A stretch of 63,390 nucleotides of DNA, the filler included, from Licmophora abbreviata (taxonomy: Eukaryota), in assembly GCA_900291995.1 (NCBI GenBank). It is 8 parts of 8 records of this genome, joined end to end, with 100 filler letters (N's around TTAATTAATTAA, not from the genome) between each part and the next. Parts side by side here need not be neighbours in the genome. Positions count along the whole stretch, not along the records: positions 9,729 to 21,114 come from OLMU01003478.1; positions 21,215 to 26,679 come from OLMU01003479.1; 6 more parts are not named here. One strand, written 5' to 3'. How positions within the stretch are numbered: the stretch's first letter is position 1; every line of letters begins with the position of its first letter. The position numbers and the translations under genes are program-made. Below are positions 12,772 through 24,728 of this stretch, one piece after another. Below the pieces are notes generated by a model that did not search any database, was not told where the DNA came from, and saw only the letters and a program-made list of their open reading frames with translations.

Positions 12772-13372
12772 GATGGTGATGGAGAACGATACAGGGTTAA
12801 AATGACAGTGGGTCGAATCTTTGTCCTTCGTGAAATGGCGTTGCTACATCTCTTTTTCCTTTTTCGGAAGAGGTCGCATCTCGCACACATGACAGATCGG
12901 TATCATCCCTTACCCCTATCGTACCGGGTCGAATCTGCCTACACATCAAGACATCACATTTGAATTACTTGGCGTGCTGCGCTTGACTTTTCTTCACCTG
13001 ACGAAGCGGCAACCTTCCTGCTGGAGAATCTTGGGGATCAAAGACATCAGACGTTAGAGGAAAGCAAGGATCTCAAGAAGGACGCGTCTTGCCATCATGG
13101 TTCGACCTCGTCGCCGTCGGCGCAAGCAACGTTGAAAGCGACCAACGAATCACTCGACTCAAGATAGTTCCGCGCGCGCGGATCAAGACGTGAAGAAAAT
13201 GTCATCGGTCGAAAACTTTGGCAGTGACAGATTTGGACTGTCGTTTGAAAACCCGATTGTGATTCCATGCTATGCCATTCCCACCAACAGAACGTGTCAC
13301 ACACTATACACACACCTTTTGAGTGGCATCGCCTCTCTGTATTCCTTTCACTTTCATCCCTTCGGCTCTTTC

Positions 13373-14626
13373 ATGATGCTGGACAAAGCCAAGCACAGCG
13401 TCGTCATCCTTCTTGCGTGTGTCGGACTGATGGCCATCGGACTCTTGACGTTGTCGGGGCTTGGACGTTCGTTTCAAACGCGGTCCGCATCATCCGTATT
13501 GCGAATGAGACATTCCCCTTCGTCGTCGACATCGACGACTACCATCACCCCGCGACCCTTTCAGAATTGTACAGGGACCGCAGTCGAACGCCGCGCCCTG
13601 GCCTCACGCGGCGACGAAGCGACACCTCAAGACTGGCGCGACATGACCTCCTGTCTTTTGGAACGACGACGACACATTCACGCACACTTGTTCCTGCATG
13701 TGTCCAAGTCGGGCGGAACCTCGATCTGCGAGTTTACGCAACAACAGCAGTATCAGGTATGCTTTGCACAAGATATGCAAGACGCTCACTGTCAGATTGG
13801 ACCTCCCGTTGGTACGAGTCCGCGGTGGATGCATGCGTCGCCTCGGAATTTTCAGATGCCCAAGTGGATGCCCTTTGACGACAAGCGCACTTCTGACCCG
13901 ACATGCGATGATATGCGACAGTACACACAAGAACGGGGCATCAAGTTTCTTATGAAGGAAAACTACCTTCCCCTTCGAAATAGCGACAGTGATGGCGACT
14001 CGGGCGGCGGAACCGCGTGCACTGATTCGTTCTGGACAAGCATGATCCTACGAGATCCCGTTGATCGTATCTTGTCGCATTACAACCACATGCGACGAGC
14101 CTGTCAGAACGAAAACGATCATTCTGTTTGTGACTCGGCGATGCTGTCCACGAGGGACACTCACTACTTCAACTTGACTCGCATGAAACAGCACTTTCAT
14201 CTGATTACCGACAACTACTACGTGCGCTCGTTGAGTGAAAAGTCAGTCTTTCATGACGAGCGAAACATTGGGGACGACGAGAAGCTCTTGCTACGTGCCT
14301 TGACAGTCCTTCGGAGTGTTGATTGGATCATGCCTCTAGAAGACAAGGAGGCGCTGACTGAGGTTCTGCACGAGGGGTTGGGCCTTCACGGCGAGCTGTT
14401 GCGCTCCAATACAAATCATGGTGAGCGGAAGGATATGATGGACCAAGATCTGCGTCGACTGCGTCGTTGGAATCGTGCCGACTACGCTTTGTACGAAGAG
14501 GCTCTACGCCTTCACCGTCTCGATATGGTGTCGATTGGCAAGCTGCGACAGTATGCCCCCGAGGCGTTAGGTAGCAGCACATCCGCGGGGAGCGACTTGG
14601 ACAAGTGCTGTGGAGTCGTTTGTTGA
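13373..14626 (+). CDS. Type II membrane sulfotransferase (Sulfotransfer_2-like)
   Basis: N-terminal TM; 5'-PAPS motif 'FLHVSKSGGTS'; 3'-PB motif 'ILRDPVDRILSHY'; 'N..DYALYE' tail. Confidence 0.8.
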   Translation: MMLDKAKHSVVILLACVGLMAIGLLTLSGLGRSFQTRSASSVLRMRHSPSSSTSTTTITPRPFQNCTGTAVERRALASRGDEATPQDWRDMTSCLLERRRHIHAHLFLHVSKSGGTSICEFTQQQQYQVCFAQDMQDAHCQIGPPVGTSPRWMHASPRNFQMPKWMPFDDKRTSDPTCDDMRQYTQERGIKFLMKENYLPLRNSDSDGDSGGGTACTDSFWTSMILRDPVDRILSHYNHMRRACQNENDHSVCDSAMLSTRDTHYFNLTRMKQHFHLITDNYYVRSLSEKSVFHDERNIGDDEKLLLRALTVLRSVDWIMPLEDKEALTEVLHEGLGLHGELLRSNTNHGERKDMMDQDLRRLRRWNRADYALYEEALRLHRLDMVSIGKLRQYAPEALGSSTSAGSDLDKCCGVVC

Positions 14627-14889
14627 GACCAGGAAGCATTTTTCATCTTCACTGCATCCAACGGGATCGGCGTACCGAGCGATCTCTTCGAGAGTTTCGT
14701 CGCCATCTATCTGCTTGTGTATCACTCAAAGATCTATTCATTGGCTTCGACAGCCCTGTACGTCTCGTGGAGCACTCACAAAACATACGGCTATGAGTCC
14801 CCTAAACTAGAAAGTTACTACAGAATCGAAATTATCATAACAGTACGTGTGCGTGCGGTCGATCCACCTGTTCATCTTGTTCCCTCGCC

Positions 14890-15816
14890 TTATTTCTTTT
14901 GCAAGAGCTTTGTCATGTTTTGCAATCCACTCGGAGACGTCTTGATCTTCTGACGCAGCTGCTCGTACTGGGCATCCAAGGACAACTTGGGTCGCTTGTT
15001 TTCCATGTTTTCATCTTCGTCGCTGTACTCTTCCTTTTCGTCGTCCAGATTCTTGCTTAAACTTTGTCCTACCGTCTGCAATTGCTCAAGCCCCTGCTTG
15101 CCAAGAAGCATGGCGGTAATGGACTGATGAATGTCTGTAGTAGTAGTATTTCCAGCCGTGAGCGTCTCGTTGACTCCCTTGACAGACTGGTCGACAGCCG
15201 TGAGCTTGTTGAGCTTGCACAGGACATCGTTGCGGTGCAGCCTTGCCTCGCGAAGCTTGGCACGAAGTTGCTTCGTTTCTTGTCGCAATGTCTCCAAGGC
15301 GTCTTCCGAAGGAATGTCCGCGAGTGAGGGATAGGGAAACGAATGAGCGGTAGTGGTCGCCTTTGTCGTGAAAGACTCGTCGTTGTCCTCCAGCGCATCG
15401 CCCACCAGACGTTTCGCTGCACTGACACCATCAATGTCACTACTAGTTGCAGCAGTGGTCAAACAGTGCAGAATCTTGTCTCGCTGATGCTTGGGATAGT
15501 TTTGAATGGTGAATATATTGCGCATGATGTAGCTTTCCAATACATCCACGTTGCGAATGTAGGTAGAGCGAAGCTGCTGCAAGAACAATTCTTCTCCAGA
15601 CAAGGTCGGAGTGGTGTTGTCATCGTCATTGCGGGTGGTCTGCTGTGGCAAGAGGGGGAGCGAACTGACGCCTTCCCTCAAGGCCACATCAATGCGTTCC
15701 GCAAAGTCGTCGGCGAGTTCGGAAGGGAGAGATCCAAAAAGAATCGTGTCGGGGTGTTGTGCAGTGTCGTTCATGTTGGCAGCTGCAAGGGCATCACCGT
15801 CGTCGGTCGTCGCCAT
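14890..15816 (-). CDS. MIS12: Kinetochore protein Mis12-like
   Basis: 'ILFGSLPSELADD' N-terminus and 'NVDVLESYIMRNIFTI' resemble the two conserved Mis12 blocks; C-terminal coiled coil. Confidence 0.65.
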   Translation of the reverse strand: MATTDDGDALAAANMNDTAQHPDTILFGSLPSELADDFAERIDVALREGVSSLPLLPQQTTRNDDDNTTPTLSGEELFLQQLRSTYIRNVDVLESYIMRNIFTIQNYPKHQRDKILHCLTTAATSSDIDGVSAAKRLVGDALEDNDESFTTKATTTAHSFPYPSLADIPSEDALETLRQETKQLRAKLREARLHRNDVLCKLNKLTAVDQSVKGVNETLTAGNTTTTDIHQSITAMLLGKQGLEQLQTVGQSLSKNLDDEKEEYSDEDENMENKRPKLSLDAQYEQLRQKIKTSPSGLQNMTKLLQKK

Positions 15817-16451
15817 GGTCAATCTAGTTTTGTGGTCGCGCCCAAATTTTGGCGTGAGCTCGTGTTTGCGACGAATACTACCGGGAATTTGTGTAGCTTG
15901 TACGCAGTAAGAAGCTTCCTACACATTCTACATATTTCTTCTACGTCAAAGAGGAATCGGGAGTTTCTCAACGAAACGATCTTTCCTATAAAACTGAGCG
16001 CCTGACTCTGACTTTGATTTAGAAAATGATGACTCTCAAATTTCAGGCTAACGCTGCGGACTGGATCTTTCGAAGGATTCATTCCCAGCCAGGATTTCCA
16101 TCTTTGAACCCAATCGAAGCAAAGCAAGACCGGCGATGTGACCGGCGACGACGAAACATTTCTTGAGTTGCTTGATAGATTACACAGAGTTGGCGAAAGA
16201 GAGAAAGCTGTAGCGATACGGTGAGTTCCAAGCGGCTCGCGCTTGCGTCCGGATCAGATATCTCAGTGAGCGGATACGAACTTCCTGAATCTCAGTTTTG
16301 AAGTATCTAGATGATACTACGCCATCATCAGTACAACCAAAAGCAACGCAGCGGTTTTAATTTGCAGGTCACGTACTCGTACACATGCCATCCATTGACA
16401 CTCCACACTCACGCTTAATCTCATTGCTCCTCAAAGATAACAACAATCCTC

Positions 16452-18035
16452 ATGAGCTGTGATATTGGACTGTACGGACTGGCTGTCATGGGCCAGAACT
16501 TTGCCCTCAACATGGCCGAGCACGGATTTTCGGTATGCGTTGGCAATCGCTCTCCTGCCAAGGTGGCTGCCACGCTTGCACGGGCCAAGAACGAAGGCGA
16601 TCTCCCCATCACGGGGAGCGACTCTCCTGCCGACTTTTGTTCCAAGCTCTCCAAGCCACGCAAGATTGTCATCCTGGTGCAAGCGGGAAAGCCGGTCGAC
16701 ATGACGATTGCCAACCTTGCCGAGCATCTGGAAGAGGGAGATGTGATTGTCGATGGTGGCAATGAGTGGTTCCCGAATACCATTCGCCGTGGAGAAGAAC
16801 TTACCAAGAAGGGGATCATGTTTGTTGGAATGGGCATTAGCGGTGGGGAAGAAGGAGCTCGCAAGGGACCTTCTCTCATGCCAGGCGGTCCCAAGGCAGC
16901 CTACGATCTCATTGAACCGATCATTGTCAAGTGCGCAGCGCAAGTCGGAGACGAAGCCTGCACTGGATATCTTGGGCCCGTCGGAAGGTGAGTTCTACTC
17001 TAGCTACACTCTTGTCTCTTGGCAAATGGTGCACGAGACTTTCTGATCATCTCGTCGACTCATCATCGTCATCATGATACCTCGTTGTTTGCTTACAAAA
17101 ACAGTGGAAATTATGTAAAGATGGTGCACAATGGAATCGAGTATGGCGACATGCAACTCATCGGCGAAGTCTATGATATCCTTCGCTCCGTCTTGGGCAT
17201 GTCGAATGACGACATGGCGTCCTTGTTTGAAGAATGGAACAAAGGCGAACTAGAATCCTATCTCATTGAAATTACTAGTAAGATTCTCAAGCGAAAGGAT
17301 GATCTCACGGGCGAAGGCGAAGTGGTCGATTACATTCTTGACAAGACGGGCATGAAAGGAACAGGACGCTGGACTGTCCAAGAAGCTGCTGAGAATAGCG
17401 TCGCGGCTCCGACCATTGCGGCTTCGCTGGACGGTCGCTACCTGAGCGCACGCAAGTCGGAACGTGTCGCTGCGTCCAAGATTCTCGAAGGTCCTTCCGG
17501 CAATCCTCCCAAGGTGGATAAGAAACAGCTATTGGAAGACTTGCAGGCTGCATTGTACTGTGCCAAGGTTTGCTCCTATGCGCAGGGCGTGGGTATCATC
17601 AAGGCGGCATCCGAAAAGCACGAGTGGGACGTGGACTTGTCGCTCTGCGCTCGCATGTGGCGCGGCGGCTGCATCATTCGCGCCGCGCTCTTGGCCAAGA
17701 TCCAGAATGCTCTCGCCCGTGACACGTCCTTGGCCAACCTCATGGTGGATCCCACGTTTGCATCGGAACTGAACGCCCGTCACATGGCGTGGCGTCGCAT
17801 CGTGACGCTCGGGATCGCGCATGGAGTGGCCACACCGGCGTTGGCAAGTTCGTTGTCGTACTATGACCAGTACCGTCGCGAGTCGCTTCCGGCCAATCTG
17901 ATTCAGGCGCAGCGTGACTTCTTCGGTGGACATACGTATGAGCGTGTGGATCGTGATGGAACCTTTCATACAGCCTGGACTGACGCACATAAGGATCTTG
18001 GAGACTTGTCTGGACGTACGGCTGGAGAATTGTAG
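16452..18035 (+). CDS. gnd: 6-phosphogluconate dehydrogenase, decarboxylating, cytosolic; 2 exons (intron 16988-17104)
   Basis: 'GLAVMGQN', 'VDGGNE', 'GISGGEEGA', 'VKMVHNGIEYGDMQLI', 'KGTG', 'QAQRDFFGGHTYER'; no presequence. Confidence 0.97.
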
Positions 18036-18136
18036 GCCATACAGCGTCGTCTTGTGTGCGTGTTGCTTTTAAAAAATGAAGAAGTTTAGGACTTTTAAGA
18101 GGTATCCTATTCTTAGTGTAGCTGTTGCATCGTTGA

Positions 18137-19027
18137 TTATCGCCCCTTGGTTCTAGGGTTGCTCTTCATCATGTACTCTCCCTTGACGTATGGTCCGTTC
18201 TCGGCTTCCCAGTCTTCACATTCGGCACTGAATTCATTCATCTCGCACGGACTAATCGCACCATACTGCTGTCCACCGGGAAAACTAATGACACGAAGAC
18301 TCTCAAAGCTCAATGGTCCAATGCCATCTTCAAATTGGGACAAGTCCTTTGCGTGGAATGAAAGCCCGAATCGAATCGAATCGAACACTGGTGTGATGAG
18401 TCGCCACGTTCCGCAGTACTCACAATGCAGCAGTCTCGTCTATATACACACACTCACCTTCTCTCGTGGCACTGCTGCAACAAATTCGAATTCTACAACC
18501 TTGTCTCCAGGATTGACCGCGTTGACAATGGCAAATTGTCCCGCATCGGTGGAGAGATCCGGATTGTTGGCCAAAACACTTTCTCCTGTTTCGCCGTCCG
18601 TAATGAAGCCGTAGACACCCGGGAGTTCCAACTGTCTCGGGACATCACCCTTGATTTCAGCCTTGACCGTGACACAGAGACCTCGCATACCCTTCATCGC
18701 CTTCTCTCCTGGAATGGGTTTGGAAGGTGGACAAGGTTGGGCAAAGTAGGACAACTCCTTCAGCTCGAGTTTGACAGGACCCACGGCATGGGCTGACGGA
18801 GGCTGGTTCGTTGGAAGGAACGAAGAAGTAGTCGCTCCCAGTAGAGCAGCAGTGGAAGTACCGAGAAAGGTTCGTCGGCTGGATGCAGCAGCGGTCGTTC
18901 TCATCGTTATACTCGCGGATGGCGCCGCATGCGGATGACTCATCATCATCCAGGCGTCGACCGACGGAGACAAGAAGACTGCCAGCAGCCGAAACCAGCA
19001 AGCCAGCCATGCAAGTAGCAATCTCAT
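18137..19027 (-). CDS. Plastid thylakoid-lumen protein of unknown function, 2 exons (intron 18347-18457)
   Basis: Signal peptide (..VDA-W), twin-Arg 'SRRTFLG', AHA cleavage site; beta-rich mature domain with Cys pairs. Confidence 0.75.
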
Positions 19028-19429
19028 GGTACACTGACGAGAAGACACGAAAACAAGGCGAGAGACGAGGCAAGGTGGTGAACTGCGAGGACAATCAGAG
19101 CAGCACCAACACGAGAAGGAAGCCAGGTGTCACTGAATCTTGCGTACGAGTATGTGTCTTGTGTGTTGGTCTCGCATCATCACGATCCAGTCGACAGTCA
19201 TGACGTTTCGACTTTGTGGTACGTCCCTCGTCCGCATCGTCACCTCACCACTCATTTGAAACGCGCTCTCAGTTCTCAATCGACCATGACCAGACCACGA
19301 CCACCGTCGTCTTTCTCTCTCTTCTGATTGCAACCCACCGTGTTGCTGCTCTCTGATACCTCAGCTTCCTTTTCGTATTGCCCAAAACTAGAAAGCTACA
19401 GGTTTGTCCATTATTGTTTTCACAACAAC

Positions 19430-20074
19430 ATGACTGACAACACCACCAAGCAGCAGCCACCCAAGATGTCGTCTCAAATGGAGGCCGTCGTTCGACTCAT
19501 GACGGGCAAGGAAGAACGCACGATTGCGGAAAAGTTGGCCGATAGCAATCGACCCACTTGGGAACAATACAAAAAGGACAATCAAGACAAGTTGGATTTG
19601 GTGGGAGAAGACCAGAAGAAAATGCAAGCCTACCGGGATGAATTAGATCAACAGCGCGATCGGATACTATCGCGAGGGGTCAATCATAGTACTGCTACTA
19701 AAAAGAAAAAGAAAAAACGAAAGCGGCGAGAGGAAGACCGTGATGGGAGTGACGATGACGACGAAGACTCGGAGGATAGCAGTAGTAGTAGTGCGATTAG
19801 TCGAGAAGAGCGAAAGAGGCATGCGAAAAAGAAGAAGCGACGGCGGAAGAAAGAAAAGCGCAAACGAAAGCATCATCGTCATTATAATTCCGACGACAGC
19901 GACTCCTCCGCCTCCGATACTGACAGTAGTGAAGACAGTCGGAGAAAACGAAAACACAAGAAAAAGAAAAAGAAGAAACGATCGAAACGAAAGAGTGAAA
20001 AGGGCGCTGGCGATGAAGAAGATGATCGCTATCGTCTGAGTAGTTTCTTCAACAATGACAGCGACGACGAGTGA
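19430..20074 (+). CDS. FAM133-like Lys/Ser/Asp-rich nuclear protein
   Basis: 'NRPTWEQYKK' motif followed by poly-K/R and S/D tracts. Confidence 0.65.
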   Translation: MTDNTTKQQPPKMSSQMEAVVRLMTGKEERTIAEKLADSNRPTWEQYKKDNQDKLDLVGEDQKKMQAYRDELDQQRDRILSRGVNHSTATKKKKKKRKRREEDRDGSDDDDEDSEDSSSSSAISREERKRHAKKKKRRRKKEKRKRKHHRHYNSDDSDSSASDTDSSEDSRRKRKHKKKKKKKRSKRKSEKGAGDEEDDRYRLSSFFNNDSDDE

Positions 20075-20281
20075 GTCGGCATGTTTCTGCTCAGGATCTT
20101 GGTTTTGAAGTGAACCCACTTGTTTTGCGGACGTGTCAGACAGAAGCACGTCAGTCCAATGGAGGCCCGTGACCACAAGCTTCCTGCATAACATTTCAAG
20201 TTTGAGAGTATTGCTCCAGAGGCGACACGGGTATTTGCATATTCATTTTTGTATCTCTGTCTAAGCTATTAAGACTTGGCC

Positions 20282-20548
20282 TCACGACGTCGGCCGCGTG
20301 CGCTGCATGGGAGTCTCGCCCATCCCGTCCACCTCCTGATGGCCGTACTCACTGTCACTCCTACTGCGTTTGTTGTTGTTGTTGTTGATGATGCTGGAAT
20401 GATGCGTCGTCATCACAGAGTCACCACTCCAAGTGCGCTTTCTGTCGGGGCCGGGCGTCCTGCCTTGGATCGTCGTCAACGGCATTTGCCACAGATCAGT
20501 ACGCTGCGATGGCGGGGAGCCACCGGCGGAGTCTCCTTCTACAGACAT
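20282..20548 (-). CDS. Possible small disordered protein (88 aa)
   Basis: ATG-started ORF in an otherwise empty intergenic gap; NLS-like KR motifs; no family motif. Confidence 0.3.
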   Translation of the reverse strand: MSVEGDSAGGSPPSQRTDLWQMPLTTIQGRTPGPDRKRTWSGDSVMTTHHSSIINNNNNKRSRSDSEYGHQEVDGMGETPMQRTRPTS

Positions 20549-20920
20549 GACGTTGATGTCACTGCTCCTGATTCTAGAGAAAGGTCAGTGGATGTGTGAA
20601 AAGTGTGTCAAGAAGATCGTCGCCGATGACAATGAAGGTTCGCTAAATTGTGAGGCTTTCGCGGGAATCGATTTCAGCCCAGTTTTGGCGCGAAACTTGA
20701 GTCGTGGGGCTCGCTTATCACGAGTGGAATGACATCATCCTCGTGTATCATGATCCTCTTCAAGACGTCAAGACGCCGCGGCGAGGACAAGAATGTTCTC
20801 ATTGCTTTCGTCGTTCTTGACAACATGACAACATGACACTATATTCCCCCTTGGAATCCCGCCTCGTATCTTTTCCAGTATGCTACTTCTGCTCCTTCGA
20901 ACAGTTCCCCTCAGTTCATC

Positions 20921-23900
20921 ATGAGTCGCTTCCTAAAAAGATCAGTTCCTCGGAGTCCTTGTCTCTTTGGCAGAATCATACGCTTCTCGCCTTGCTGCTG
21001 CTCTCGCGTTCACCGGCGTGCATGGAGCAGCCATGATGCTTCTGGCGGCCTGGTACTCGGTATTCTCCGTGAAACCTACGATCCCTGGGAGCGTCGAGTC
21101 CCTCTTTGTCCCAANNNNNNNNNNNNNNNNNNNNNNNNNNNNNNNNNNNNNNNNNNNNTTAATTAATTAANNNNNNNNNNNNNNNNNNNNNNNNNNNNNN
21201 NNNNNNNNNNNNNNCGTTTGCTGCAGCGCTTTCAGACGACGAGCAATACGGAACCCAAACGCCGTGTCATGCTTAAGGATATCCTGGTGCAGCCTTCGAC
21301 ACGACGAATCTACAACGACGATGAGTATGCACGAGTCGGAGCGAAGCTTCAGGACGATCTATCAGGCGCCGACTTGATTCTAGGAGTCAAGAGGCCTCGC
21401 TCCACTGAGCACCTGTACCCTAACAAGGCCTACTTTTTCTTTTCACACGTAATCAAGGGCCAAACGGAGAACATGCCGCTCTTGCAGTACATCTTAGAGA
21501 ACCGCATCCAACTTTTCGACTACGAGTACATTGTGGACAAGAAGAAGCGTCTTGTTGCCTTTGGAAAGTTCGCGGGAATGGCTGGCACAACCGATACGTT
21601 TCAAATCCTCGGAAGACGACTGTTGAGCAAGGGATTCTCGACGCCACTGTTGAACTGCCCTCCTGCGCACATGCACCATGACTGGAACGAAGTGAAACAG
21701 AGTCTCAAGACCATGGGCGAACATATTGCAGAGGAGGGACTTTCCATTGAGCATCCGATTGTCTACTGCTTTACAGGCAAAGGCGGAAATGTCCATGGAG
21801 GCGCGTTGGAAGCATTTGAGTTGTTGCCCCACAAGTGGGTTCGAGTACAAGACTTGTCGTTGCTAAACCGCATGCCAGGTCCTCATCACTGTGTATATGG
21901 TGTGACATTGGGCACGGAGGATGTCTTGCGGCATCGGAATAGGCGTACGTTCGACCGGGCGCACTATATGAAATATCCCGCCGAGTACGAGTCCGTTTTC
22001 GCCAGACACGTCGCCCCGTACGTTACTGTCCTCGTCAATGGCATGTACTGGGACGAGCGATATCCTCGCATCCTTACAAAGCAGCAGATGCATGATTTGT
22101 ACGCTCGCGGTGAAAAGAGGTATGATGAACGTTTCAATGTGGAAAAGTGACTGATGTTCTGGTCTTCACTCGAGCTCACATTTTAGACGATTTTCCAACT
22201 TTTTCCTACTATTCATACTAGTCTTATGATGGTGGCCGACATCAGTTGCGATGTCAATGGCTCTGTCGAGTTTCTGGAGCGAACGACTACGATTGATCAT
22301 CCCACGTTTCTTTATGACCCAGTTTTGCGCAAGGAAACTGTCGAGAGTAATAATAGCGACGGCGTGACGGTGCTCAGTGTTGACATTCTGCCGACGGAGC
22401 TTTCCCGCGAGAGCAGCTCATACTTTGGTGATGCTCTACTCCCCGTACTGGACGAGTTCATTGAATTGTACCATCGCGACGAGGGTGATATACTACCCGA
22501 GTCGTTGGTACGTTTGTGCTATAGTATGTTTTCCCGCTTGTTGGTTGCCAATGAAACACTCACGAGTATATACGCCGTTCGCAGAAACATGCTCGAATCA
22601 CGAAGGATGGTGCACTGACTCCCAAGTTTCGGCACCTCGGGGCATTCGTCAATCGATCTGCCGCTGATGAAGCTCCTTCGCGAGATGCGGATGTAGTGTT
22701 ACATGTAAAGGTGCGAGCACTTGCGAAACGAAACGATATGTGCAATCTGTACTCGTTCACTCACGGTGATTTCAATTTGTATGTTGGCAGGGGCACATCT
22801 TTGACTCGGGTCTCATCAATCAACTGCTCAATGCCTTGGAGAACAATGACTGCAGCTTCGAAATCATTGAATGTCATGTGGGACAGAAAATCGGTGATGT
22901 ACATACACAGTCTACGCTTGTGCTTCACATTGCAGCAAAGAACGAGCGTGTGCTGTCGTTTGTCGGAGAGAAGATTGAGAACCTAACGAAAGCCATCGCA
23001 GCAGCGGATGCGTCCATTGAGTACATCGACCACAAAGATGGAATATCACTAGTGGAAAAGTCAGGTTCTATAGAGGTCATCGATCTGCCAAAGGAAGAAC
23101 ATCTGCTAATTTTGGGTGCTGGAAAAGTTTCGAGGAGTCTCGCGAGTTACATTGGCCGTGATCCACGGCGTTCCATAGTCGTCGCCAGCATAGACATCGA
23201 AGAATCACGGTCCGTTGCGAACGCGGCAAAGAACAGCAAGCCCGTACAGTTGGATGTTCGGGCAGAGGGCAATCGGCTCGCGGACCTGATCAAGAATTCC
23301 GATGTGGTGGTCAGTCTATTACCTGCGGCGATGCACGGTCTCGTCGCTACGAAGTGCGTTATTCAACGTACGAATCTAATATCGGCGAGCTATGAGAGTC
23401 CCGACATCCGTGCTCTAAATGAAAGGTATGTGTCCGATCGTGCAATCTGTAGCTTCGATGCTTGAGTCCTCACTATATCCTCGCGAGCTTTCAGTGCCAG
23501 GACTGCGGGGATCGCGATTCTGAACGAGGTTGGTCTTGATCCGGGGCTCGATCACATGAGGTAAGACGATATCAACCTGGGACGTCTCTGTTTGCTTATT
23601 GCCTATGCGAGCATACCTTACCGCCGTGTAATTCATTTTCAATCAACTAGTGCAATGCGTATCATCGAAAAAGTCCACGATCGTGACGGCGCAGTTTCCT
23701 ACTTCTCCAGCGTCTGCGGTGGTCTGCCTGCCCCTGGCTCAGCAAACAATCCACTCAAGTATAAGTTTAGCTGGAGCCCTATGGGTGTTCTGGCTGCCTG
23801 TCAAAACGATGCTATGTATCGGATGGACGGACATGAGATTATGGTACGTCATGACGCCCCTCGCATTAATAGCCATTTTTTTCGATGAGCTAATGAGCCA

Positions 23901-24682
23901 GTTCTACCCAGGTCACGGGGAACAACCTTCTGAGGGCTGCAAAACCATTCGACCGAGCCTGGGCGTCACTTGGCCTCGAGTGTCTTCCCAATCGGAACGC
24001 TCTCATGTACGGTGAGACCTATGGTGTTCAGGATGCCAGCACTATCTTTCGTGGCACCCTCCCCTACGGCGGCTTCTCGCAAATCATGAGTGTGCTACAG
24101 AAGCTTGGGCTATTTGGAAGTCAAGCGGCTGACTGCGACACCTGGATCGACTTGATTCCCAGCCTGGGAGCGAAAATAGAACCCCTTAGTGACACTTGGG
24201 GGCTTGTGATGCAGCATTCCGGTGGCGATGTCGACGTTGCCAAAGCTGTTATGCAGTTTCTCGACTTTCTTGGCATGACGAGGGCCTCGCCGCTCTCGAA
24301 TCGAGACAGTATAATCGAATCCTTCTGTGCTGCCCTCGAGACAGCATGTCGATATGGCGACAGTGAGCATGACATGGTATTGATGCATCACGACATCAAA
24401 GCATTCTTCCCGGATGGAACTCAAGAGCACCATCGCTCCAAGCTGCAGCTTCTTGGCGATTCGCAATTGTCGGCTATGGCGAAAACAGTCGGGTACACGG
24501 CAGGGGCGGCAACCGACCTGTTGCTTCGAAGCGAGCCCTCTAAGTTTTGCGGATCGCTACGTCCACTCGACAAATCAATCTATGAGCCGATCCTCAAGGC
24601 GATGGAGAGCGAAGGCATTGCCTTTTCCGAGTCGGTCCATACGGATGACTTGGATCTTTCAGGCCAGACGTTCCTACCGTAA
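20921..24682 (+). CDS. AASS: Bifunctional lysine-ketoglutarate reductase/saccharopine dehydrogenase, multi-exon, interrupted by an assembly spacer
   Basis: Mitochondrial-type N-terminus; 'GILRE..WERRVPLCP', 'FFSHVIKGQ', 'RLVAFGKFAG', 'ADISCD..GSVEF', 'LGAG', 'NEVGLDPGLDHM', 'CGGLPAP..NNPLKYKFSWSP', 'AMAKTVG'. Confidence 0.95.
21115..21214. other. Artificial contig-join spacer
   Basis: N44-TTAATTAATTAA-N44. Confidence 0.97.
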
Positions 24683-24728
24683 AATAGTTATAGTACCCTA
24701 CATTTTTAGTAGTGTGCACTTTTTATGG

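Noticed and set aside
18366..18385. (CGAAT)n pentamer run, plus (GTT)n near 20370 and (CA)n near 29125
   Set aside because: Ordinary short microsatellites in intronic, low-complexity or intergenic sequence
19690..20010. Purine-rich repetitive tract with long antisense/alternative ORFs (19667-20194, 19740-20039)
   Set aside because: Explained by poly-Lys/Arg/Ser codons of the FAM133-like gene
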